From the human T2T-CHM13v2.0 reference genome, Homo sapiens: DNA of 64,000 bases. The notes under the pieces were generated by a model that was not told where the DNA came from, made no database searches, and saw only the letters and a list, made by a program, of their open reading frames with translations. The stretch is taken from NCBI RefSeq assembly GCF_009914755.1, contig NC_060942.1. One strand, given 5' to 3'. Shown here piece after piece: positions 1 to 16,820 of the stretch; the stretch's first letter is position 1; each line of letters starts with the position of its first letter. Made by a program: the position numbers and the translations under genes.

Positions 1-153
1 CCTAAAAATATACTATACTGGATAAAGAATGTGGGGAATGAAGATTGTTTTTTCTTGCTCTTCTTTTCCACACATGATGAACTTCAGACTTTGAATGTTG
101 ATGATGTATTTTTTTCTGTAACTGAGACATTGCTTCCAGGTAACTTAAAGTAG

Positions 154-235
154 GTACCATATCTGAAAACACGTATCGCCCTGAAGGTATGTATTATGTA
201 CCATATCTGAAAACACATATCACCCTGAAGTTATG
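154..235. repeat. 44-bp-period tandem duplication
   Basis: GTACCATATCTGAAAACACGTATCGCCCTGAAG at 154 and GTACCATATCTGAAAACACATATCACCCTGAAG at 198; the two differences are CG>CA. Confidence 0.9.
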
Positions 236-719
236 ACACAAAGAGAGCATGAGTATTTGTGTTTCTGGGGCAGCAGTCAGCTAAGTCCAGGGAAAATTGA
301 CTAATAGGTATATATAATAAAAGTTGGATAATGGGCTCAAAAGTACATCTTATATTCTTCCTAATGACAAAATCTTGTTGAAATTGAGTTGTTTTTTATT
401 TCCTTTAATTTTAGTCTTCCATAGGAAACTATAATGTATTGGCAGAAAGATTATGATATAATTAACAGAAAACTTGCTATAATTTGTATCTCTCAAGAGT
501 CATAAACTCACCCATTCTTTCTATGGGAAGAAATTTGCTGCAGATAATGCAATCATGTTTTCAATGGTTGATTGAGGCTTCAATGTGGATTTAGGAACTA
601 AACTTCTCTGGTATAGATAATTATATTAATGAAAAGACTGGATGCCTGTGAGAGTTCTCTTTTCATTTGTTTTTAAATGCTCAACTGGTTATATTGTATC
701 ATTGCCATTTCTTAGCTTG

Positions 720-900
720 TGAGGACCTAGGTAAATTCCTCAACCAACTTAGATTTGAATTCCATCATCTGTAAGATGGGGAGAATAATGCCACTGACAT
801 TATAAGGTTGTTGTGAGGAAGAAGTGACATAATAAATGTAAAAGGCATAGAAAATTGCATGTTCTTGGTGAGGGCTGCATAAATGTTAATTATTATGATG
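720..900 (+). mobile_element. MIR (SINE) fragment
   Basis: MIR core-like CATCTGTAAGATGGGGAGAATAAT...GGTTGTTGTGAGGA...AAATGTAAAAGGC. Confidence 0.7.
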
Positions 901-1103
901 ATTGTATGAATTGCTAAGTAGGATGTTGGCTAATGGGGTTTCTTTTTCCTTTTTCTTTTGTAAGCATCAAAATGCCCTTACCTTTAGTGCACTCAGAATT
1001 TGTAACAGAATTATAATGGATTATGACAGCCACATTTTCGTTTTAATGCAAATGAAATGCACTATGTGTTAAGTGGATGTGGAAAGGTAATTTATCTCCA
1101 AAC

Positions 1104-1131
1104 TTTTTTTTGGCGGGGGGGGGGGGGGGGG
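1104..1131. repeat. T8 followed by G17 homopolymer
   Basis: T run 1104-1111, G run 1115-1131. Confidence 0.95.
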
Positions 1132-1513
1132 TGATTTACTTCTTAATGCAAAAAGAAGCAAATGGGAGGAATTTTTCGTTTTGCTTCAGTTGTTAATAAC
1201 ATAAAATGACTCAGTCCTAATGGCTTTCTGGGCACAGTTGCTACAGAGAAAACCATGAAGATCCTGCAAGGTAGTTTCTGAGTTTAATGAGACAGAAAGA
1301 TTCAAGATGTGCATGAAAAGAGGCTAAGAATATTTCAGAAGTGGTAAAGATGTTATCACCATGATGGAAGATCTGGAATGCTTGCTTAGGTTTTCAGTTT
1401 TGCATCCTCAGGTAATGCATAGTGAAAGGTGCCGCCCTTGGCAGAGTGTGAAATAACAGATTGCCTCTCAGTGCAATGTGAATGTGGGTAGCTGGGGAGA
1501 CATGGAGCATCAG

Positions 1514-1641
1514 TAGGGTGGCCATATTCCAGTTTGTCCAGGGTATCCCTGATGTATACTTGTTTTCTTGGTGAAATTATTGATCACCGTCTTTAACTCT
1601 CCAGAAAACCTGGTTTGGATGATCAATTATATGGGTACCAT
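1514..1641 (+). mobile_element. MER94-like hAT-Blackjack non-autonomous DNA transposon
   Basis: Ends TAGGGTGGCCATAT... and ...ATTATATGGGTACCAT; internal TTTGGATGATCAATTATATGG resembles recalled MER94 consensus. Confidence 0.75.
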
Positions 1642-1698
1642 AAGAAAAGACAAGCTGTGTAGCATGTTTCTCTAATGATTTGACTGTGGTTCTTCCAG

Positions 1699-1900
1699 AG
1701 TTTCATGGGTTTCCCTCGGGAAACCAACAATAGTATACACAGATGGAATGAGCTTAGCTCTAAGAAGCCTGTACCTTTCTCCATCTTGAAAGAAAGAACT
1801 AAAACCAGACTGGAATTTATTCATTATGTCATCATAGCAAAAGTCTTGTTTTATGTTTTTAGAAGTGAAAGCTATAATAAATCGGAAAAGGGCATTGTGA
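1699..1900 (+). other. candidate cryptic/alternative terminal exon
   Basis: CTAAT branch-like at 1672, TTCTTCCAG acceptor ending 1698, AATAAA 1876-1881, GT-rich tract near 1944; no expression evidence. Confidence 0.25.
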
Positions 1901-2376
1901 TTTTTCACAAATTATATTTCAAGGATTAGACTTTACTTTGTCATGTTTGTGTGTGAGCATTTGTGTACAAATATAGTCTTTAACCCTTTTAAGGAAGATT
2001 GTTAGGATGTTGCTATCCTAGAAGGATGATTTTTGCCAAGCAAGTGCAGAGGAAGGCATGGGGGTAGTGAAACACTGAAATGTAAATCTTCTACCTGTTG
2101 TGTTAGGGAACATCATTTGTAACCCTTAATTAGGACATGGCGATTGATGCCCTTTTTCATGATGCCTTACTCACTAATACATTTTAAGGAGCACTTACTT
2201 TAATATCTTTTGATTTTTGTGGGGCTAGGAGATTTTATGTGAAGGAGTGAAGGATGGCCTCTACCTTCCACTCTTACCCTTATAAGGAGTTCCTGTATAA
2301 CCATGTGCTTTTATTCGTCTGTTCTTCACTATTAATACTTATTCTTAATGAATATTTGATTGAATAATAAATTGGA

Positions 2377-2474
2377 TTTTCTGATGGTATCCATATAATT
2401 GATCATCCAAATTAGGCTCTCTGGACAGTCAAAGGGGTGTGATCAATAATTTCACCAAGACAACAAGTGTACAT
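2377..2474 (-). repeat. inverted partial copy of the MER94-like element at 1552-1648
   Basis: Reverse complement aligns by eye with about 12 mismatches and 1 gap over 98 bp. Confidence 0.9.
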
Positions 2475-4479
2475 TTTATTTGCTTAAAGTTAAATAGATA
2501 GTTTTTTCCTCCTTAGGTGGGGATTATTGGCACTCAGAGTACCATAGAATTCAACACTCCCATTGGAGATGTGATATTTTTCACTATTGGAATCCAGCAT
2601 TACATTAAGAGCACATGTGATTAGGATTTGCTTTTCATTCTTGCCTACAACCCTGAAGACTGGGTGAGAATAAGCCAGCTTGAGAGAGATTGCCAGGTGT
2701 CAGTGTTCTGCACAATATTCTGCTAAGCAATGTGTTTGGACCAAAGGGAGCCCTCAGTAAATGTGTATTAAATGAATGAATAAATAAACTGGATGAATCA
2801 ACATGTGACCAGGAGAATCAAATAGTCTTCTCATCTGTTTATAAAGGGATCCAATATATCACATTCTCTCTTAATGCTCCAAATTTTGAACCCTGAAAGA
2901 TCAAAAAGTCAATATATAGAGATCCAAGTCACTTTTATTAGTAATAAATCAGGTATTAGTATTAGAGAATGTACTAATACTGTGGGCAGGTGGGTTTCCT
3001 AATAGTGGTCCCCAGAATTGGATAGGCCTCCCTGTGTTGAGGCAGGTCTTTGTATACCTTATGGCATAAAGTAAAAGTGCATGCTCTTGGAAGGTTTGAC
3101 AGCTCCCAAGCAAAAAGAGGGAGGAGATGAAGTGAGCATGCCCAACTTATTCTTTTCAAGTATACTTGAGGGGGAAAGGGTGGGGAGAGAAAAAAAAAAG
3201 AGGGAGAGAGAGAAATGGAGTTTATTCTATATGAAGAGAAACTTCAGGAGTAGTGAAGTAGCATTTCTTCCCTTTCATTCTTTGAGAAATCTATGATGAC
3301 CTGTGTATACAAAACATAGACTAAGATAAATTGTTCACTGCATTAAATAATTATTTGCTTAAAAAAAATTCACCCCTGGGCTCCTTGATGAGATGAAATG
3401 ATGGGTTTGAGAGACAGAGATACATTGTGGAACTTAGATTTTAAAAATTCTTAGGACTAGGTTGCCTTTTGAGACTGGGTGGGAAGTAAAACAGTCTGAT
3501 TGGGCACCCCTGGGGTGAGTCCGGGAACAGACAGGCATTTCTCTTGGCTGTGGTTCTTCCTACAAGGAGACCCAACAAGGCCTCCACGGAGAAGCACAGA
3601 TGAATTCTGCAATCTCCTCAACAGGGCCTAAGCCCAAAGGTGGATCTGATCCTGGTGACACTCATTTCCCAGGATGACCCCCTCCATTCTTTGAGGGAGA
3701 CTGGCAAATTCTAGCACCTGGGTCTCAAAACCTTCCTGGGCCTACCTGGCGAGAGGTTTATGGAGAGCTATATGAGAAAGAGTGGAAAGTTGGCTGTAGA
3801 TGTTATTGGCAGGGGGTGGCAGGGAAGAGGGATTCTGGTGACCCCTAATTTCGGTGTGGGTCTCACTGCTACTGCCACCCTCTTGGCCATCATTCTCAAT
3901 AGCCATTATAAGAACAAATCATAAAGCAAAATCAGATCAAATAAAATATAAGTAGGAAAATGAGGGAAAACTCAAAGATAGCAAGTTAAAGTTTAAAAAG
4001 TGAAGAATAAGAAAAGAGAATAGAAAAATGATTAGAATAAAAATGTTACATATGTGCAAAATATGACAAAGGTAAAATGTTAAAAATCAAAATTAATATG
4101 GAGGCAAAATAAACAAGATTTAATGTGACATGAAAGGCTAATACCGGCAAATTAAAGCTTAAAATTATAAAAGATAAAAATGACAACTGAAAACCATTAA
4201 ATACAAATCCCAAATTAGAGAGTACAAATCTTTTAAAAAGAGAATAGAAATATGGAGTTTTTAAATGAAAGGAAACAGGAATCGACTTACAACAGGAAAG
4301 AAATAAATGAATCAGAATTTGGGGGGTAGAAGGAAGTTTTTCACTCCTCACCTACCCTCAGGAATACCTGATTTGCATCTTGATGAAGGATAGTCCCCCA
4401 GCCCCCAACCCCCATCGGAGTAAGTGATGGGAAGTGCTTCTGATGGGGATGTGTTTTGTATCAGGAGTGTGAAGGGAAA

Positions 4480-5090
4480 AAGGAGGGAGGGAGGATAGAC
4501 AGGCAAGAGAGGGAGGGAACATATACCCAGAGAGAAACACAGAGAGAGTCACACACATACAGAGGGACAGAGACACACAGAGAGAGATACATGGAGAGAT
4601 GCACAGAGAGGAAGAGACACACATACACACACAGACATACAGCCCCCAATAAAGAGAAAGACACAGAGAAACAGACATGAAAAGGGAGTGACACAAAGAG
4701 AAAGAAACAACACAGCCATACACAAATAGGAGACACACAGACATGCACACAAAGAGGGACAGAGACCCGTAGAGAGACAGAGAGATAGAAGGAAAGACAC
4801 ACAGACACACACATGCCCACATACAGACCTATACACAGAAGAAAGACAGACACACAAAAGGACAGACATACATAAAGACAAATGCACACAAACATAGGCA
4901 CACATGCAGACAAGACAGAGATTCAGAGGCAGATGTGCACAGACGTGTGCACACGGACACAGGAAAGAAAGAAAGGTAGATGCACATGCACACACACACA
5001 CTCACACACACAGAAATTGAGAGGCAGAGTGAGAAAGAGAGATAATGTCAGAGAGGAGTGGGGGGAAGAAAGAGAAGGACAGCAACAGCC
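4480..5090. repeat. degenerate (CA)/(GA) low-complexity repeat
   Basis: Mixed ACAC/AGAG units on + strand; source of the spurious Cys/Val-rich ORFs. Confidence 0.9.
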
Positions 5091-6505
5091 GTATAGGGGA
5101 CAAAGGCAGACAGAGCATCAGACCCAGCCCACTGGACATCCAGGCCTGGCAGACTGTGATTACTGGCCCCAGCAGAGAGAGGCCATCAGCCTCTGGCTGC
5201 AGAGCACCAGGACCAATTACTTGGCAGCCTCTGGGCATGGAGTTCTGAGAAGCCCTTTTGTCTCTAGGTCCTGTCATGGGAAGAGAGATGGTCCTTCTCC
5301 ATCCTTAAGGAGAATCACCTTCCCCGTAGGACAGAGGTCCCTTCTAAAGAAAGTTTCAGATGCTTCAGTCCCTCTAGTTATCAGACTCTCCCTACCTCTT
5401 AGAGTTGAAAAGATGAGCTCCCCATGGCAAGGCAAAACTGGTACACAAGGTGACCATTTGCAGGAGGTCATAGCTGTGCAGGTAGCCAAGTACCGTGCAG
5501 TACTGCAAATGCCTTGACAGTTGTAAGACCTCTGCAGGGATCTGGGTAGTTAGATGCTGACATATCTTCTTTTGGTTTACACTATCAGCTGCAAACCCTT
5601 GACATGGACGATTATATCTAGGATACAGCAGACCCCATCTTGGCCCAGCTTTCTTCAGGAAGCAAAGTGAATTTAACAAGAGCCCCCAGTTTAAGGAGCA
5701 CCAGGTAATCAACCTGCCTTAGAGTTGCTGATGAGTTCCTATCTATTCTTCCTTCCTATTTGTTGTTATTGCTGTTAAAGAAGGACCACTTGGTTAATGA
5801 ACTTGCAGCTCTTTACAAAGTGGAAGTGGGAAAGCAGGTTCAAAGCAGCCTGAGGGGCTCAGTTAACTTCGTGCTAAGGGAAAGTTTCAGTACACTCTGT
5901 AGATGAGCAGATCTATGTAGGAGACCCAATAAATTAAATTAATAGATTTTTATATGGATTTTAGCATGTGTGTATATAGTTGTTTACTTGCCTTTTATTA
6001 CTTCAAATTTATTACTCCAAATGTAAGTCCATTCTTGTTATGTTCATCAGTAAAACTTAATACATTGCAAGTATTTTTGTTAAGAATCTTTGTGAAAGGA
6101 AGTAAAGAGGTTAGCCTACATATATACACATTAAGGCACTGGAACCCAGAAACTCAAACCTCCTCTGCAGAGTTTATAAAGAACCCTAGACTAGCAATTC
6201 TCAATCCTTTTCTTGGCACGAGATACTTTTAATAATGCCAACATTTTCAAGGACTCATTAATACTTATTTTATATTAGCTAAGAAAATATTTAATGATAA
6301 ACTGATTATAAATTCAATACCATCTTTAAACGTATTTGGATTTTATTAATCATACCATCCTCTATTTGTACTTGACAAATAGTCATCCCTGTGTTTGAGA
6401 AGCATATGGTTTGTCTGTTGGCAATGCTGCCTGTAAATGTGAATTCAAAGATACCTTATTATGATCGGAAGCTGGTAGTTTTCAAGTTGGGAGATACTGT
6501 CTTAA

Positions 6506-6940
<435 letters not shown>

Positions 6941-7070
6941 TAAAATTTTAAAGTAGGTATAGCTGGGTTTTAATGCCTTTCCAACCCCTTTCAGTCATTG
7001 CCTTGATATCTAGTGGGATATTTAAAAAGATATTTTAGGCTGTTTGTTCCTAGGCTACAAAGAATCTGTG

Positions 7071-7078
7071 TCTATCTA

Positions 7079-7156
<78 letters not shown>

Positions 7157-7198
7157 CATCCATCCATCCATCCATCCATCCATCCATCCATCCATCCA
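7071..7198. repeat. compound tetranucleotide STR (TCTA)2(TCTG)7(TCTA)12(TCCA)11
   Basis: Units counted directly. Confidence 0.97.
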
Positions 7199-7379
7199 TC
7201 CTTCCATCCATTGACCCATCTATCTCTATCTCTGAATGGTTACTTCTCTTGACTACAAGTACAGAATGTAGTGAAAATCAGGAATGGCTCACTTTTTGCA
7301 GCAGGAGGTGGCCACTTCCATAATGTACTTTAGGAACAGGACAACCTGTCCCTGCCCTTGACTATTTGTTTATCTAGCT

Positions 7380-7692
7380 ATTCATTTACTAAACATTTAA
7401 AAGCAATGACTATAAGTGAAGCATTATGTTAGATGTTAGGGATATAAAATTGACTGTTAAATGATCTTTGCCCTGAAATAGCTTTCAGCCGATTGAAAGA
7501 CACAGTAAAAACAGTGATACTTTGTAATAGTGCTATGATTAGTATACATTGTAATAAGTGATATATATGTATATACACACATACAAAGGATATATCTGTA
7601 CATGCATACCTAAATGAGACACCACACCCAGCTATGGGGTGTGAGGTAGACGGTGTCAAGAAGTTTTCCTGGAGTCTCTCTGAATGAAGATT
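7380..7692 (-). mobile_element. L2 fragment (left part, interrupted by L1HS)
   Basis: Antisense L2 3'-end-like TTCATTTACTAAACATTT...; L2-like purine-rich sequence resumes after 11721. Confidence 0.55.
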
Positions 7693-7702
7693 AAGAGTTA
7701 GC

Positions 7703-11469
<3,767 letters not shown>

Positions 11470-11683
11470 ACAATGAGATCACATGGACACAGGAAGGGGA
11501 ATATCACACTCTGGGGACTGTGGTGGGGTCGGGGGAGGGGGGAGGGATAGCATTGGGAGATATACCTAATGCTAGATGACACATTAGTGGGTGCAGCGCA
11601 CCAGCATGGCACATGTATACATATGTAACTAACCTGCACAATATGCACATGTACCCTAAAACTTAGAGTATAATAAAAAAAAG

Positions 11684-11714
<31 letters not shown>

Positions 11715-11721
11715 TTAGCCA

Positions 11722-12010
11722 AAGCATGAAGAGGAAGCATGTGTGTGAAGGCTGCTCCACGGTGAAGGTTGAAGGAGCCAATCATGGCAGGCATGGAATT
11801 GTGAGAAAGCAGTTCACTGTGGCTGTAAAGGAGAGGCCCAGTGGTGAGAGGTGAGGGTGGAGGAGAAGGGAGGAATCAGGTTGGAAAAGACCTGTTATCC
11901 CTTAGATCCACCTTATTGTGAATTTAGCTTATTCTCCTTTTCTGGGAGAGCTAGACAATCTGAGAGCCTGGCAGCAATGGGAAGTTTGTGGTGGCATTGG
12001 TGTTTTAAAG
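11722..12010 (-). mobile_element. L2 fragment (right part)
   Basis: GAGGAAGCATGTGTGTGAAGG...GGCAGCAATGGGAAG...GTTTTAA typical of antisense L2. Confidence 0.55.
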
Positions 12011-12361
12011 AGATTTTGTAGCGAATGTTCACAATCCAGGAGGAGGAGTGTAGCTGAGAAATACAGTGAAAAGCACAGGGCAATGGGTATACGGAAGAGG
12101 ATGTCCACATAGAAAATAATCACAAAATTTAAATGATAATGTATGCAGTTTATCTACTAGTTTTGTTTTACCTTGGGTTTTAAAAAATATGTTATAAACC
12201 AGTTCATAATTCATTCTCTTTTATCAGGAAGTATTGTATCAGATTATGGTGTGGTCATTTAATAAAGATTTTTGCCTCTGTATATTATTTTATCATTGTA
12301 ATTTTGAATAAAATCTGTTCTAATAGGTTTGTGCATTTGAGGCAGTATTGGATTCCTTTTA

Positions 12362-12827
<466 letters not shown>

Positions 12828-13814
12828 TTAAAAATAAGAATAACCTAATAAAACATCCCACTGAAATATTTTTGGTAGATTATTTTACAGTGGGAATGCA
12901 TTCTTTCATTTCATGAATTTTGTTCTATTTTTCCCTTTCTTGGGATGGTATCTATTTCTTCATACTACTTTATTATTCAGGGTAAGTTTGTCTATTACCC
13001 CGCAAGTGCTTTTAGGGGTTTTGGTGTATCTACTTCATTTATTAAAAAATCACCGTATTGAAGTGTGAATTGCTCAATCAGATTGATATTTGTTATAATG
13101 TAGGTAAATAGACTTTTAACAGAAAATCTCCTTTAAAACTGAATTCACCCTAACAACTTTATACACACATTCTATGATATAGCCACACTTGATGAATTTG
13201 AAATGGCATAAATTATAGTACATAAAATATACTTGGATGTTGAAAAAGATTTTTAAAAAGAATTTTCTTTTTAGCAGCTTTGACTGAGTGGAATGAATTT
13301 AATCTGAATAGAGGAACTACAGGTTAGGTGAAGAACCACTGCACGCTCCTTATTGCTTCTAAATAATGGAAAGTGGTTATAAAAGTTTCTTTGTTCATAG
13401 TCTCATCCTTACCTATGGATGGAGGAGTCACTGGGCTGCTTTTTATCACCCAAATGATCTAAGGAAAGGAAAATAGTTACTGTTACTATATAACTTGATT
13501 CTCAACTACCATAATTTATCAATGGTCAAAAATGAGCCAGCAGTATATTATTGCTTAAAAAACTAAAAAAGAAAGGAAGTAAAAGTTACAGTGATTTTGT
13601 GTTATAATTAGAATTTACAAGTGATGTCTCCTCCATATTATCCACTAATCATAAATTTATGAAACTGCTATATTTACTTTGGATCACTGTTCCTCTGGGA
13701 AAAAAACAGGAAGAAACTGTAGAGTCCAGAAAATAATAGTGATGGCTAAAGAAATGGGAAACTATTTTCATTATGTAATTAAGTAGAAACTATTTAGAGA
13801 AAAGCAGTTAAGGG

Positions 13815-13975
13815 ATACCTTTGAATCAGAGAATTGTAGAGCTGGTAGCAGCCATGTAACATCTGGTCCCATTACTTTAACTTGCAGAAATGGTAACTGA
13901 GGCCTGAGAAGTCTAAATTGCCCAGGCAGCAAGTAAGATATTTGAGACCAAAGTTCAGGTGTTCCCACCTCCAGC
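13815..13975 (-). mobile_element. MIR
   Basis: GAATCAGAGAATTGTAGAGCTGG...AACTGAGGCCTGAGAAG...TTGCCCAGG. Confidence 0.7.
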
Positions 13976-14245
13976 CCATAGTATTTTGGGGCTAGTGTCT
14001 TCAAGTGTGTGAAAGATTGCTTCACAGGAAGCAGAAGTCTCTATTAGCAAATACACCATCTTCAAGTGGGAGAGACAGCTTCTATTACCTACAAATCAGC
14101 CAGCCCCAGTACCAGCACTGCTGCTCCTTTGCGGGGCTTCCCACACGTGGGGGTGCTTGGGTTCCAGAGGCTTCTGTGAAGAGGTGGCTAGAGCCTCCTG
14201 AGAAAACAGTTCACTATTCCTGTCTAGCCAAGCACTCAATGCTTG

Positions 14246-14545
14246 CTATTTTTATTTTTATTTAAAAATTTCAATGTAGTAAAATATATATAACGTAAAT
14301 TTTATCATTTTAACCATTTTTAGATGTTCAATTCGTTGGCATTATGTACATTCATGATATTATGTAACCATCACCACCGTACATTTCTAGAACTTTTTCA
14401 TTATTCCAAATAGAAATTCTATACCCAGTAAACAACTCTTCATTCTCCCCTGCCCCATCCTTGGTAACTTGTATTCTGCTTTCTGTTATTATGAATTTGC
14501 CTATTCTAGGTACCTCATATAAGTGGAATCATACAATATTACTCA
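14246..14545 (-). mobile_element. old L1 (L1MB-like) 3' end
   Basis: ATTTTAACCATTTTTAG...TTTGCCTATTCTAGGTACCTCATATAAGTGGAATCATACAATAT. Confidence 0.85.
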
Positions 14546-15424
14546 ATGTTTGTTTTTATTAAGTTCTTGCTTGTTTAAAAAATTGCGCCTTTACTATATG
14601 CTTAACATCGTGCTAGGATTCTATGAGAGACATAGCATGTGGCCTTGGAGAATTTACAATTTAAATGTTTTGTATTCAGTTCTGTATTTCATTTCCCTCC
14701 CTACCCCTGCCCTGGATAAACCCAGCCCTTTGCACGTCACGAGCATCAAAAAGAATGTTTGTTCATTTAGACTTTGTTAGGGAGTTTGCACTAACAGATA
14801 TGAAAGAAATTAAACAGGTGGGTCTATACTAAGCTTTAATATCTCCAGAGAAGGCAACACACACTCCTTCAGTGATTCCTATTCTAATGTCTTAACAGTC
14901 CTTAGTCCTCCAATTTTTTATAAATCACCTAACATTTCTTTGCTCCTGCTTTTTTGGAGGGGGGCTTTATTCTAATCCCTAAAGTTTAAACATCCAGATA
15001 AGAGTGTTTAAAATCTTGTATTAGTTTTTTTTTTTTTCAACATTAGCAAGAAACCCAAATGGCCAAAACTGGTGTCTTTCTCATCTCTTATCTTGGTTCA
15101 GTATGTTCAACTTCATCCTGCTGCCAATAAAGCTGTCACATTATTAATTGAGCCTGATGTATTCAGATTCTTTCTCAGTTCAGAGTGCAGGAGTAGCTCA
15201 TGCTGAAAAGAAGCAAACCGCAGTGTTCAGCCTACATACATAGAATACTGTACCATGTGGGCTGCAGTGAGGAAGCCACTAGATTCTTTGTAAGCCAATG
15301 CATTAGCACATATTCAAAAAGCCCACTTTTGGTGTCAGTTAACAAAAAGACTTAAAATTTTAAATCATCATCCAGAAAAAAAAGTAATTAGTAAGCATGT
15401 ATTAATTTTTGTACCTTTTTTCAG

Positions 15425-15436
15425 GAAATTGGGCAG
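15425..15436 (+). other. candidate 12-nt microexon
   Basis: TTTTTGTACCTTTTTTCAG | GAAATTGGGCAG | GTATGA; motif evidence only. Confidence 0.25.
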
Positions 15437-16084
15437 GTATGAAGAAGGGATTTTTATTTGTTTTTATTCTGGTATTAAGGATGCAGTGTGCTGTAGGTGT
15501 TAAAGTGTCAGGTATAAATTAAATGAAAAATAGAACAATGGCCAGTAAAACTGGTCTCAAGTGATTCATGTAAAACCTTTAAATGTCTCCTGTACCTAGA
15601 TAACCTTCTCCCCAGTATCAGCACTTCTCACACGATTATTGTCCTTGGAGACAGTTTTGTCTCTGTTCATAAAGAGTTTTAGATAGTAAAAGCCAACAAG
15701 AAAAAATTTCTGCCAACCAGGATGGATTACCCTTTCAAGTATACTTTTTCTTATCTTGTAAAATAAGCCACTGTACATGGTTTTACAAGTGTGTAGTGCT
15801 GAGCTCCCAACTAGCCTGGGTATGGGAATGAGTTTTTAAATACATAGTTACAGAACAGAGAGAAGCAGGAACACACAAAATAAAAGGGAAAACTGTATAT
15901 CTGGTTTTTGTTTTAAAATGTCATGACTTGACCAAGGGCTGCAGTAGAAATCTTCAACTTTCTTCCAAATGAAATTTTTTGACTTGTGCATTTCTCTATA
16001 AAATATTTGCTTTTGGATGGGACACTTTTCTACCCAGGCATGATCTATTTCAGCCATATTTTCAATGACCACCCCTTAGGTTTT

Positions 16085-16380
16085 TAATGTTTAACTTATT
16101 TCAGTACAAACATCCATGGAGAAAAGTGCACACATCCTAAGTGTACAGCCCGATGGATCTCAGCTCACTGAACGTGCCCATGCCCATCTAAACAGTGACT
16201 TGAGCCTCCATCAAGAACCATGATATTAACTCCAAGTCCTCTTGTGCCTGCTCCAGCCACCACTTCCCAATAGGATAAAAAGACTTGTGGCTATTTTTGA
16301 ACTTTATGTACATAAAGTCATACTAAATGTGTTTTTTCATATCTGATTTCTTTTACTCAACATTATGTTTGGGAAATTCA
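16085..16380 (-). mobile_element. old L1 (L1MC/ME-like) 3' fragment
   Basis: AAAAGTGCACACATCCTAAGTGTACAGC...TTTTACTCAACATTATGTTTG. Confidence 0.65.
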
Positions 16381-16694
16381 TTAATTTCTTCACTTTTATG
16401 CTTCCTCCTTCATTTTTATGCTTCTCACTTTTTTCTTCTCTCTTCTCTGATAAACAAACACTTGGATTTTATCTGTCACCTACTTGATTCGGTCATGACA
16501 CTCATGGCATATACGTAGTATAGAGTGACTCGAAGCCATGTCCTCATCGTGGCTTTGATGGCTGAGGTTGTCCCTGATGTATCTCCTCTGCAGTTATCTG
16601 GGGAGAACTGAAAGCTAAGAAGAGAAAGGAGGAAAAGACATGGTCAGCTCTCCTCTGCCTTGTGGCATCTTTTCCTTCAACACTCCCCTTTTCA

Positions 16695-16820
16695 GGTCAG
16701 GCATAGTGGCTCACGCCTGTAATCCCAGCTACTCGGGAGGCTAAGGCAGGAGAATCACTTGAGCTCAGGAGTTTGAGAACAGCCTGGGCAACATAGTGAG
16801 ACCCTGTCTCAAATAAAAAC
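16695..16820 (+). mobile_element. FLAM (free left Alu monomer)
   Basis: Single monomer GGTCAGGCATAGTGGCTCACGCC...GAGACCCTGTCTCAAATAAAAA. Confidence 0.85.

Noticed and set aside
4358-5517. Several overlapping 150-211 aa ORFs (Cys/Val/Leu- or Thr/His/Arg-rich)
   Set aside because: They are translations of the CA/GA low-complexity tract, which lacks stop codons; no domain features.
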